Shown here piece after piece: positions 1 to 7,288 of a stretch of DNA of 32,000 bases (within the stretch, counting starts at the first letter, position 1; every line of letters begins with the position of its first letter). Below the pieces are notes generated by a model. That model was not told the origin of the DNA. It made no database searches and saw only the letters and a list, made by a program, of their open reading frames with translations. Source of the DNA: Acaryochloris thomasi RCC1774. GTDB taxonomy: Bacteria > Cyanobacteriota > Cyanobacteriia > Thermosynechococcales > Thermosynechococcaceae. The stretch spans positions 1,232 to 33,231 of the forward strand of contig NZ_PQWO01000035.1 in NCBI RefSeq assembly GCF_003231495.1, read 5' to 3'. A program made the position numbers and the translations under genes.

Positions 1-438
1 CTGCGTCCGGTGTCAAAATTGATGACTGTTAGTTGCGATCGCATGCACGTCAACAACATCTTGATGATTGGTGACGCTGTTCATGCCGTCTCTGCCTCTA
101 TTGGGCAAGGCTGCAACGCATCTCTACAGGACGCACAGATATTTAACGAATGCCTAGATCGATACCAAGACGACTGGGAGCAAGCTCTACCGGCCTTTAC
201 AGCCCAACGGCTACCCGATGTTCATGCCCTACGAGAACTATCGAACGACGGTTTTCCGCAGTCAAAACGAATGAGGCTAGAATTCATCTTCCGGATGACA
301 GTGGGTAAAAAACTGAAGCTGCCCCTCAAGCCCCTGCCGATACAGCTAATTATGGATAGTGATTTGCCATATTCAGAAGTCCTCAAACAGACTGAGGGCT
401 GGAGAAAACGAGTGCAGCAGTCGATGCAAACGACCTAA
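1..438 (+). CDS. FAD-dependent monooxygenase, kynurenine 3-monooxygenase-like (C-terminal fragment; 5' end lies outside the window)
   Basis: The frame is open from nt 1. 'IGDAVHAVSASIGQGCNASLQDA' matches the GDAxH...GQGxN fingerprint of class A flavoprotein monooxygenases. The following 'ALPAFTAQRLPDVHALRELS' resembles the KMO C-terminal region as I recall it. Confidence 0.6.
   Translation: MRPVSKLMTVSCDRMHVNNILMIGDAVHAVSASIGQGCNASLQDAQIFNECLDRYQDDWEQALPAFTAQRLPDVHALRELSNDGFPQSKRMRLEFIFRMTVGKKLKLPLKPLPIQLIMDSDLPYSEVLKQTEGWRKRVQQSMQTT
35..42. repeat. HIP1 palindrome GCGATCGC (first of 14 perfect copies)
   Basis: By eye I found copies starting at 35, 947, 3268, 3962, 8489, 10910, 14240, 14972, 15486, 18245, 20057, 21764, 23065 and 30572. 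About 0.5 would be expected by chance in 32 kb. Confidence 0.9.
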
Positions 439-506
439 GCCACGTCAGCATCTTTCGGGAGATATTGCATAACCTTGAATAGTGCTATGTTCGTGTGTGT
501 CGTGTG

Positions 507-512
507 TATAAT
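507..512 (+). promoter_or_regulatory. Consensus -10 hexamer TATAAT immediately upstream of hicA (possible leaderless transcript)
   Basis: TATAAT lies at 507-512 and the hicA ATG at 519, so a start 6-8 nt downstream of the hexamer falls on the ATG. There is no Shine-Dalgarno sequence in between and no good -35 at 17 bp. Confidence 0.25.
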
Positions 513-518
513 TAATCC

Positions 519-707
519 ATGAAGAGTCGTGATATTATCGCTAGACTCAAGCAAGAAGGTTGGGTGTTGGTTAATGTCAAAGGCAGTCATCAACAGTTCA
601 AGCACCATGAGCACAAGAACCGAGTGACGGTTCCACATCCAAAGAAGGATATACCAAAGGGAACTCTGAGAAGTATTTATAGGCAGGCTGAGTGGCCGTG
701 GCCTTAG
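519..707 (+). CDS. hicA: HicA-family mRNA interferase toxin (type II TA)
   Basis: 62 aa. 'VKGSHQQFKH...VTVPHPKKDIPKGTLRSIYRQA' is the canonical HicA/YcfA core including the catalytic GSH histidine. hicB follows directly. Confidence 0.9.
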   Translation: MKSRDIIARLKQEGWVLVNVKGSHQQFKHHEHKNRVTVPHPKKDIPKGTLRSIYRQAEWPWP

Positions 708-715
708 AGGTAAAG

Positions 716-1117
716 ATGCGATATCCGATTGTTGTTCATAAAGATTCTGATAGCGATTACGGTGTAACGGTGCCAGATATTCCCGGTTGTTTCTCGGCTG
801 GAGACACACTCGATACAGCGATTGAGAATGCTATTGAAGCAATTGAGTGTCACGTTGAAGGACTGTTAATCGACGGTGAAGATATTCCTCAGCCTGGATT
901 CGCAGAGGTCCATCATCAAAATCCTGATTTTGAAGGCGGGACTTGGGCGATCGCATCAGTTGATTTGTCCAAGCTTTCGGGTAAAGCCAAGCGAATCAAT
1001 ATCACTGTGCCTGAAAGGTTGCTGACCAAGATTGATGCTAAGGCTACTGAGCTAGGAGAAAATCGCTCTAATTTCCTGGTAACAGCAGCAATGGAATATA
1101 TGAGTAAGTCTGTTTAA
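716..1117 (+). CDS. hicB: HicB-family antitoxin with C-terminal ribbon-helix-helix DNA-binding domain
   Basis: The N-terminus 'MRYPIVVHKDSDSDYGVTVPDIPGCFSAGDTLDTAIENA' is a HicB fold motif. The C-terminus 'INITVPERLLTKIDAKATELGENRSNFLV' is CopG/RHH-like. I chose ATG 716 (preceded by GAGG) over the track start at 692. Confidence 0.85.
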   Translation: MRYPIVVHKDSDSDYGVTVPDIPGCFSAGDTLDTAIENAIEAIECHVEGLLIDGEDIPQPGFAEVHHQNPDFEGGTWAIASVDLSKLSGKAKRINITVPERLLTKIDAKATELGENRSNFLVTAAMEYMSKSV

Positions 1118-1264
1118 AAAACAGATCTTAATGATGCCGAATTATGGCTTTCGTACACAGAAAAACGATACCAAGGTCACTTTGAATTTGGTTGAAGATC
1201 TATGAGCGAATATGATCCAGATCTGCAGCGAATAGATTATGCAAGTCAAGCCGTCTAATCGACC

Positions 1265-1951
1265 TTACTCATTAGCTTTTTTATACAAATCATAGCCCCG
1301 ATAGAATCTTTTCACTCTTTTAGTAAATTGAATATCTTGGGTGGAAATTTTCAGGAGCCAAAATGAGTGCCACACAAGGAAAGAAAATACAAAGGCCATC
1401 AGGGCAATAAACACAGAAAGCACCTCTGAGTTCGGCAATTTGATTACTGCCTTAATTATGTTTGGGTCTAAAAACTTGAAAAAGTGTCTTATCCCAAGTA
1501 AACATAAAACTAGAGTCAATATAGAGAGAAAAGCAACTATATATTGTGCAGTTACAGCAGCATCTATCGATTTTGGCTTTTCTAGCTCATGTCCTAAATC
1601 ACTTTTTTTTGGATTGAATTTTATATATCCTGGTGTTTTTGAATAGATATATATTGCTTCTCCAGGGTCATAGCAATTCATTACTAAGTTTATTATGTGG
1701 ATAGGCGCTGTTCGCTGAGTTAGGGCAGTAAAAGCAAGTGAGTTTCTGAGATTTTCTACTCCCGTTGTGTTTTGATACTCTATTTCCTTGGCAAGAGTAA
1801 ACTTGCTAATGTCTTTTCTGTTTTCTTTTGCACTGCCTTTTATCTGCTCAACTATGCTTTTTGTAATCTGAGCGGCAACAGCTCCAAGTATAGCTGCGAT
1901 TACTCTCCAGGAATTTGAGGCTAAAATTTCTGTTAATTTTTCTATATCCAT
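1265..1951 (-). CDS. Hypothetical membrane protein (orphan, AT-rich gene; one N-terminal and two C-terminal hydrophobic helices)
   Basis: 228-aa ORF. The hydrophobic segments are 'WRVIAAILGAVAAQI', 'AQYIVAFLSILTLVLCLLGI' and 'VLSVFIALMAFVFSFLVWHSFWLL'. I recognise no family motif. G+C is about 32 % (19/60 in 1561-1620). Confidence 0.55.
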   Translation of the reverse strand: MDIEKLTEILASNSWRVIAAILGAVAAQITKSIVEQIKGSAKENRKDISKFTLAKEIEYQNTTGVENLRNSLAFTALTQRTAPIHIINLVMNCYDPGEAIYIYSKTPGYIKFNPKKSDLGHELEKPKSIDAAVTAQYIVAFLSILTLVLCLLGIRHFFKFLDPNIIKAVIKLPNSEVLSVFIALMAFVFSFLVWHSFWLLKISTQDIQFTKRVKRFYRGYDLYKKANE

Positions 1952-2048
1952 TTTCGAGTTGACTATTTACTTGATTAGGTTCAGGTTGTTGGTCACGATA
2001 TATTCTCAACAACATAGGATAATGCAGTATCGCCGCAACTAACACCTC

Positions 2049-2636
2049 ATGAAATCACCCTGGAGCCTTCGAGACTACGTTTTTAGTGCCTTCATGACCA
2101 TTGGCATGGTCGCCTCTATCTTTCTCGTCGGCCCCTTCGTCCCTGTCCCGTTTCTTGATCTCGTCATCTGGGCACCCTTCGGTGGCATCTTTCTCACCCT
2201 CGGGATGGCTCGATTGCAGAGGCGCGGCAGCGTCGCCCTCATGATTTTGCCCTTGGCGCTTTTGATGTTGCCGCTCTCCCCTTTGATCACGCTTTATCTG
2301 GTGCTCACTCCCTTAACGGCAGAAGCCGTTGTCTTTTTCAGAGGTAACTATCGGTCTAAGGCCAATCGACTTCTTGGAACGGTGGTGTTTTTCATGAGCG
2401 GGGTTTTGATTGGTCTGGGCAGCATCTTTGCGGTAGCAGCTTTAGTTAATGCGGGCACAATACCCGCAGAAAACTTAGCGAAAGTACTCGAAAAATTTGC
2501 AGATTTACTGAACAAACCTTGGCTAGTGGGTGTGTTAGCGGTTGCAGCAGGAATCATGGGTTCCATTGGCTGGTGGCTGGGGGAAAAAGTGGTGCATCAA
2601 CTACAGCGAGCCGGAAAGCTAGATGCCGACGCCTAG
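2049..2636 (+). CDS. Putative ECF-transporter substrate-capture (S) component, substrate unknown
   Basis: 195-aa polytopic membrane protein. It overlaps the start of the EcfT gene by 14 nt. The S-T-AA order is typical of dedicated (group I) ECF transporters. Confidence 0.5.
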   Translation: MKSPWSLRDYVFSAFMTIGMVASIFLVGPFVPVPFLDLVIWAPFGGIFLTLGMARLQRRGSVALMILPLALLMLPLSPLITLYLVLTPLTAEAVVFFRGNYRSKANRLLGTVVFFMSGVLIGLGSIFAVAALVNAGTIPAENLAKVLEKFADLLNKPWLVGVLAVAAGIMGSIGWWLGEKVVHQLQRAGKLDADA

Positions 2637-3315
2637 ACGAGTTCGCCGAAACCTTCTGAGCCGCATTAATCCCTTTCTGAAAATGGGCATTGGCTTTGGA
2701 TTAGTCATTCTCTCGCTATTTCTTAAAAACATTGCTCCAATGCTGGTATTGGTAGGCGGGGTATTGCTGCTGATGACGCAACTCAAGCTACGCCCTTTGT
2801 TCCTGGGGTACGGCTTATTGATGGTGGCCGTGTTTACGGGCTCTACAGCTTTGCTCTTGGGCAACTGGCCGGAGGCTATCTTGAGTACGCTGCGGCTGCT
2901 AGCGATTGTGCTACCCACTCCGATCTTGGCCTTAACCACACCTCCGGCAGATCTGATTCGGTCGCTGCAGACGGTGCGTTTACCCAGCTTTTTAACCTTG
3001 AGTCTGATGCTGATCTGGCGGTTTTTCCCGTTGATGCAGCAAGAGCTGCAGCGCATTTGGGAGGCGAACCAGTTGCGAGGGATTGATTTGAGATGGCGTC
3101 CTGGACAGTGGTTCTCGGGACTGATGGTGCCGCTGGTCTTTCAAATGGTGGTCTATGCCGATGAGGTCACGATTGGCCTACAGACACGGGGCTATTCTCC
3201 AACAGAACCGCGCAGTAATAGTAAGCCGCTTCGCTGGCAGTGGGCCGATACGCTTTTTTGTGGAGTTGCGATCGCATATCTCAGCCTAATCACATATCTA
3301 GAGTGGGGGCGATAA
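2623..3315 (+). CDS. ECF transporter transmembrane (T) component, CbiQ/EcfT family
   Basis: 230-aa membrane protein with two x-Arg-Gly coupling-helix motifs ('EANQLRGID' and 'TIGLQTRGY'). It sits between the S component and the ABC ATPase. Confidence 0.8.
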   Translation: MPTPRRVRRNLLSRINPFLKMGIGFGLVILSLFLKNIAPMLVLVGGVLLLMTQLKLRPLFLGYGLLMVAVFTGSTALLLGNWPEAILSTLRLLAIVLPTPILALTTPPADLIRSLQTVRLPSFLTLSLMLIWRFFPLMQQELQRIWEANQLRGIDLRWRPGQWFSGLMVPLVFQMVVYADEVTIGLQTRGYSPTEPRSNSKPLRWQWADTLFCGVAIAYLSLITYLEWGR

Positions 3316-3321
3316 ACGGTC

Positions 3322-4671
3322 GTGGAGAATACCTCATCCCTGCTGAAGGTTGTCGATCTAAGCTTTACGCATCTCGGCCAGACCCAGCCCACAATCCAAA
3401 ACGTGAACCTGACGCTGAACCCAGGCGAGCTAGTGGTGCTGGCGGGGGGTACTGGCAGTGGTAAAAGTACGCTGTTGAATTGTTTGACGGGGATTGCGCC
3501 GGAGCATACGGGCGGGAAGCTGTCGGGGCAGGTGTTCTGTCGGGGCGAAGAGATTACATCTTGGTCAATTCGGATGAGATCGCAACTCATGGGCATCCTC
3601 TTACAAAACGTAGAGACCCAAATCTTTACCGATCAAGTCTGGGAGGAGCTGGTCTTCGGCCTTGAAAACTGGAACCTTCCCCCCGGTGAAATTCAAGATC
3701 TCGCGCAATCTGCCCTGACGGAATTTGACCTAGTGCAGCAACGAGATTGGACGATTCACCAACTCTCAGCGGGACAAAAGCAGCGGTTGCTGTTAGCCTG
3801 TTTGCTCACTCGACAGCCGGATATGTTGCTGTTGGATGAACCCTTTGCCTTCTTAGATACTGCAGGGGTGCAGCTATTGCTGGAGTTGTTGAAAAAGCGG
3901 GTAGCTCAAGGACAGGCGGTGTTGTTGATCGAGCATCGCCTGGAGTTGCTGAGAGAGAGTTGCGATCGCATCTACAAAATCGAATCTGGTCAGGTAAGTT
4001 TGCTGGCATCGCCACTGCCGGTTCCTACGCAAACAAGAGCTGAGCCTCCACCACACACTTCAAAGAAAGACAAGCCAGTCGTTTTAAAAACCGAAAATCT
4101 GAGTTGGGGAGGCTATCCACCGTTCCCTGATTTACAGGTAATGGCTGGGGATATTGTGCTGTTGAAGGGGGAAAACGGCTGCGGCAAAACGACGTTGCTC
4201 AAGCTATTGAGTGGGCTATTGAAACCCAGCACAGGACAATTAGAGATTCTGGGGCGAGATGTGACACGGCAGAGTGTCGTAACGATTTCGCGATTGCTTG
4301 GGTTTGTATTGCAGAATCCAAATCATCAGTTGTTTGCAGAGAGTGTTGAAGCAGAGGTAACGCAGTCGAGGGTGGAGCCTGAGCAAGCGAAGCGGTTACT
4401 AAAAGCGTTGAATTTGAGTCATTGTATCCAGAAGCATCCCCATGCACTATCTCAGGGGCAGAAGCGGCGATTGGCTCTGGGGGCAGTGTTGGTGCGAGAA
4501 CCCAAGATCTGTTTATTGGACGAAATTATGGTGGGGCAAGACCCAGCTTCCCTGGGGCTGATGCTGGAAGCCCTCAAAACTTTTACAAAGAAAGGTGGAG
4601 TTCTGATTTTTACATCCCATGATCCAGGGATAGCTACTGTGCTTCAACCTCAAGTTCTTCTACTTCACTGA
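3322..4671 (+). CDS. ECF transporter ATPase, fused double ABC domain (EcfA-EcfA')
   Basis: Two Walker A motifs (GGTGSGKST, GENGCGKTT), two ABC signatures (LSAGQKQR, LSQGQKRR) and two Walker B motifs (MLLLDEP, ICLLDE) lie in one 449-aa ORF. The start codon is GTG. Confidence 0.9.
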   Translation: MENTSSLLKVVDLSFTHLGQTQPTIQNVNLTLNPGELVVLAGGTGSGKSTLLNCLTGIAPEHTGGKLSGQVFCRGEEITSWSIRMRSQLMGILLQNVETQIFTDQVWEELVFGLENWNLPPGEIQDLAQSALTEFDLVQQRDWTIHQLSAGQKQRLLLACLLTRQPDMLLLDEPFAFLDTAGVQLLLELLKKRVAQGQAVLLIEHRLELLRESCDRIYKIESGQVSLLASPLPVPTQTRAEPPPHTSKKDKPVVLKTENLSWGGYPPFPDLQVMAGDIVLLKGENGCGKTTLLKLLSGLLKPSTGQLEILGRDVTRQSVVTISRLLGFVLQNPNHQLFAESVEAEVTQSRVEPEQAKRLLKALNLSHCIQKHPHALSQGQKRRLALGAVLVREPKICLLDEIMVGQDPASLGLMLEALKTFTKKGGVLIFTSHDPGIATVLQPQVLLLH

Positions 4672-4750
4672 TAGAACGCATAACCCTGATGAACATGCAG
4701 AGATTAGCGTCATACCCCATTAAGCTGTGTTGACGTTGTGCGTACAGCTT

Positions 4751-4810
4751 AGCTATCTTTAATTGATAGGAAACATCAAGCTTCAATATAATTCTCAATC
4801 AAAGATAGCT
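4751..4810 (+). promoter_or_regulatory. Promoter (TTGATA-18 nt-TATAAT) enclosed by a 16-bp inverted repeat; probable TA operator
   Basis: The -35 TTGATA is at 4763-4768 and the -10 TATAAT at 4787-4792. The left arm agctatctttaattga (4751-4766) matches the reverse complement of tcaatcaaagatagct (4795-4810) at 15 of 16 positions. The antitoxin ATG is at 4814. Confidence 0.5.
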
Positions 4811-4813
4811 AGA

Positions 4814-5110
4814 ATGGCAGCCACGCACGATAGGACCACCACCAGCCAAACTTGCGACGTTAAGATCAATATTCGGGCTAAGCAAAAGCAGCGCGATCTC
4901 ATTGATCATGCTGCCAGAGTTCAAGGCAAAAGTCGCTCGGAATTTATCCTAGACTCTGCCTCTCAGAAGGCACGGGAAGTTCTCCTAGATCAATGCTGGT
5001 TTGATCGAGATCCACAGCAGTTTGAGCAATTTCTGGCCATCTTGGATGAGCCACCTGCAAAGAATGAAAAATTGCAGGCATTGCTAGCTGCAAAGACGCC
5101 GTGGGGTTAA
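4814..5110 (+). CDS. DUF1778 (TacA-like) RHH antitoxin
   Basis: 'INIRAKQKQRDLIDHAARVQGKSRSEFILDSASQKAREVLLDQ' is the DUF1778 core. It overlaps the downstream GNAT toxin gene by 10 nt. I chose ATG 4814 because the track's TTG 4763 coincides with the -35 box. Confidence 0.85.
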   Translation: MAATHDRTTTSQTCDVKINIRAKQKQRDLIDHAARVQGKSRSEFILDSASQKAREVLLDQCWFDRDPQQFEQFLAILDEPPAKNEKLQALLAAKTPWG

Positions 5111-5619
5111 AGCCAGATCAACCTCGACTAAATCCACCGGAGAATCTGCAGCTACATCATGATTTAGAGCGTTTCGACTCAGGCAATGAGCAGCTCAATC
5201 AGTGGTTAAAAAAGCGTGCTCTCAAGAATGAAGGAGCAGGCGCGTCCCGCACCTACGTTCTCTGCCATAAACAGCAGGTGATTGCCTACTATTCCCTTTC
5301 CAACGGTGCCGTTGCTCAAACAACAGCAACAGGAGGAGTGCGGTGCAATATGCCTGATCCAATACCCGTCATGCTGATTGGGCGACTAGCTGTCGATCAG
5401 AACTGGCAAGGTCGAGGTCTCGGCAAAGCCATGTTGCAAGATGCCATTCTACGGATTCTTCAAGCCGCAGAAATTGCTGGAATCCGAGCAATCCTGGTTC
5501 ATGCAATTTCAGAAGAAGCAAAGCAGTTCTACGAACAATACGGGTTCGCTGCATCTTCTCTTGAACCAATGACTCTAATGATCAAAGTCAGCGATGCCAA
5601 GGCTTCCTATCGCTTGTGA
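5101..5619 (+). CDS. GNAT-family acetyltransferase toxin (TacT-like)
   Basis: 172 aa. The acetyl-CoA motif is 'RLAVDQNWQGRGLGKAML'. The GTG start overlaps the antitoxin stop, the classic DUF1778-GNAT type II TA architecture. Confidence 0.85.
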   Translation: MGLKPDQPRLNPPENLQLHHDLERFDSGNEQLNQWLKKRALKNEGAGASRTYVLCHKQQVIAYYSLSNGAVAQTTATGGVRCNMPDPIPVMLIGRLAVDQNWQGRGLGKAMLQDAILRILQAAEIAGIRAILVHAISEEAKQFYEQYGFAASSLEPMTLMIKVSDAKASYRL

Positions 5620-5720
5620 CGGACCAAGATATGCCCTGCAATAAAAAGCGAAACTAAAAATTCTCAGTTTCACAAGCTGTTCAGCTAATTTAGAGTTAGT
5701 GTCCACCTAGGTCAGATTGC

Positions 5721-6662
5721 GTGCAGCTTAAACAAGTCATCATTGCCTACAAAGCCGGAGATTCCTTCAGTCACAAAGCCGCCGAAAAATGTGCCCGTTA
5801 CTTTGAAGCCCAAGGCTGCAAAATTTTGATGGGGCCCAGCGGCGCGAACGACAACCCCTATCCCGTCTTTCTGGCCTCCGCAACCCAGGCGATTGATCTC
5901 GCAGTCGTTTTTGGCGGTGATGGGACGGCTCTAGCAGCAGCCCGCCATCTAGCGCCGGACGGGGTGCCCATCTTAGCCGTCAATATCGGAGGCCACCTTG
6001 GCTTTCTCACGGAACCCGCCGAGATGGTGCAAGACCTTGACCATGTTTGGGACCGCCTGACAGGGGATCGCTATGCCGTTCAGCAGCGCATGATGCTCCA
6101 GGCCAGAGTGGCAGAGCGTGACGTCGATCGACTCTCCGATCCCAGTGGACTTGAAGACGAAGGCGATCTCCCCTACCTTGCCCTCAATGAAATGTGTGTC
6201 AAGCCAGCTTCTGCTGATCGAATGATTTCCTCATTTCTAGAATTAGAAATTGACGGAGCCGTCGTTGATCAATACCAAGGCGACGGCCTGCTTGTTGCCA
6301 CACCCACCGGCTCTACCTGCTACACCGTGGCCGCCAGCGGTCCCATCGTTCACCCCGGCATGGCTGCAATGATTGTGACGCCTATTTGCCCCCTCAGTCT
6401 TTCTAGTCGCCCCATCGTTCTGCCGCCTGGGTCCGTCGTTAGTATTTGGCCTCTGCAAGATCGAGAACTTGCGACTAAGCTGTGGATGGATGGAGTGCTC
6501 GCAACCTCTATCTGGCCGGGACAGCGCATCGATGTCTGGATGGCCCAAAAACAGGCCCGTTTTATCCTGCTACAGGAAGATTACTCCTACTACCGCACCC
6601 TGCGAGACAAGCTCAATTGGGCAGGTGCGCGAATCCATTACAATAATAATCATCGCAACTAA
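5721..6662 (+). CDS. nadK: NAD(+) kinase
   Basis: Contains the 'VVFGGDGTALAAAR' GGDGT motif, 'ALNEM', 'GDGLLVATPTGSTCYTVAASGPIV' and a length of 313 aa. Confidence 0.93.
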   Translation: MQLKQVIIAYKAGDSFSHKAAEKCARYFEAQGCKILMGPSGANDNPYPVFLASATQAIDLAVVFGGDGTALAAARHLAPDGVPILAVNIGGHLGFLTEPAEMVQDLDHVWDRLTGDRYAVQQRMMLQARVAERDVDRLSDPSGLEDEGDLPYLALNEMCVKPASADRMISSFLELEIDGAVVDQYQGDGLLVATPTGSTCYTVAASGPIVHPGMAAMIVTPICPLSLSSRPIVLPPGSVVSIWPLQDRELATKLWMDGVLATSIWPGQRIDVWMAQKQARFILLQEDYSYYRTLRDKLNWAGARIHYNNNHRN

Positions 6663-6680
6663 TATTCATAAGTAATAGTA

Positions 6681-6860
6681 ATGGTTTACCTCAAACCTTT
6701 GATCTTCATCATCATCCTGGCCTTTTTATCGGTGCTGATGTGTGGGGTGACAAGCGTTCTGGGCGCCAACCACCCCTTATTTATGATCATATCCATGATT
6801 GGCGGCATGCTAGGAACACTGCTTTTGATGGACTATATTGATGCAGCCTTTCTCCACTAG
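6681..6860 (+). CDS. Candidate small membrane protein (59 aa, two hydrophobic helices)
   Basis: ATG 6681 to TAG 6858-6860, by manual translation: MVYLKPLIFIIILAFLSVLMCGVTSVLGANHPLFMISMIGGMLGTLLLMDYIDAAFLH. It starts 18 nt after the nadK stop, has no clear SD and is below the ORF-track cutoff. Confidence 0.3.
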   Translation: MVYLKPLIFIIILAFLSVLMCGVTSVLGANHPLFMIISMIGGMLGTLLLMDYIDAAFLH

Positions 6861-6897
6861 CGTCAGAGGAGATCTCTTTGAATCTTGGCATCGTCAA

Positions 6898-6967
6898 GAC
6901 AGTAGCTTTAGAGGGACAAACTGTAATGCTGTAGAAATTAGTACAGCATTGGCTGACTGTCGTTTTT
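6898..6967 (+). terminator. Possible intrinsic terminator (nested hairpins followed by a T5 run)
   Basis: The inner perfect 9-bp stem pairs aatgctgta (6925-6933) with tacagcatt (6942-6950). The outer stem pairs gacagt (6898-6903) with actgtc (6956-6961) and is followed by gTTTTT (6962-6967). Confidence 0.4.
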
Positions 6968-7018
6968 CCCTGCCTCCATTTCAAGTTAAAATATCTTTAT
7001 CATTTATATCGGCAACAC

Positions 7019-7108
7019 ATGGATATTCTGACCTTAGGCTGGGCTGCTACTTTAACCGTATTTACCTACTCCATTGCGATGGTTGTTTGGGGTCGTCACG
7101 GAATGTAG
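7019..7108 (+). CDS. petN: Cytochrome b6-f complex subunit 8 (PetN)
   Basis: Manual translation gives [29 protein letters not shown] (29 aa). This is nearly identical in pattern to cyanobacterial PetN (MDILTLGW...MVVWGRNGF). It is absent from the ORF track because it is under 60 aa. Confidence 0.92.
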   Translation: MDILTLGWAATLTVFTYSIAMVVWGRHGM

Positions 7109-7140
7109 AGGCAACCTGTCTCAGATAGAGTGAGGGCATC

Positions 7141-7284
7141 GTGGATAATTCTCTCTTTGATCTACTTTCACTGGCTGCGTTTGGGCTGTTGGTGTTTGTA
7201 ACCTTAGGTATTCTCTATTTGACGTTTGCTGAATGGCGTGATCGCCGCAGAATCCAGCAAGAACAGCGGGGTCGCCGTAAATAA
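7141..7284 (+). CDS. Candidate small single-TM protein with Arg-rich tail (47 aa)
   Basis: GTG 7141 is preceded by GAGGG (7132-7136). Translation: [47 protein letters not shown]. An in-frame TAG at 7126-7128 blocks any 5' extension. The stop lies 4 nt before the argS ATG. Confidence 0.35.
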   Translation: MDNSLFDLLSLAAFGLLVFVTLGILYLTFAEWRDRRRIQQEQRGRRK

Positions 7285-7288
7285 AATA

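Noticed and set aside
435-809. 124-aa minus-strand ORF covering hicA and the start of hicB
   Set aside because: It lies antisense to two genes with strong family signatures, has a low-complexity and unconvincing sequence, and is a typical shadow ORF.
1131-1259. Two tiny coupled ORFs (24 aa at 1131-1205 and 18 aa at 1203-1259, joined by an ATGA overlap) that fill the hicB-orphan spacer
   Set aside because: They are too short, have no SD and carry no recognisable motif. They could be remnants of a decayed gene, but I cannot support a call.
1952-2048. Looked for a TPP or other vitamin riboswitch upstream of the ECF S-component gene
   Set aside because: There is no CUGAGA/ACCUGA THI-box core and no other conserved riboswitch core that I can recognise. 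The region is only 97 bp.
2619-3596. Minus-strand ORFs of 145 aa and 134 aa opposite the ECF T and A genes
   Set aside because: They are Arg/Ser/Pro-rich shadow frames of well-supported plus-strand genes.
7226-7288. N-terminal extension of argS to a non-ATG start codon at 7226, as given in the ORF track
   Set aside because: The conserved ArgS N-terminus begins at ATG 7289. The extension overlaps the candidate 47-aa ORF in another frame and adds non-homologous residues.
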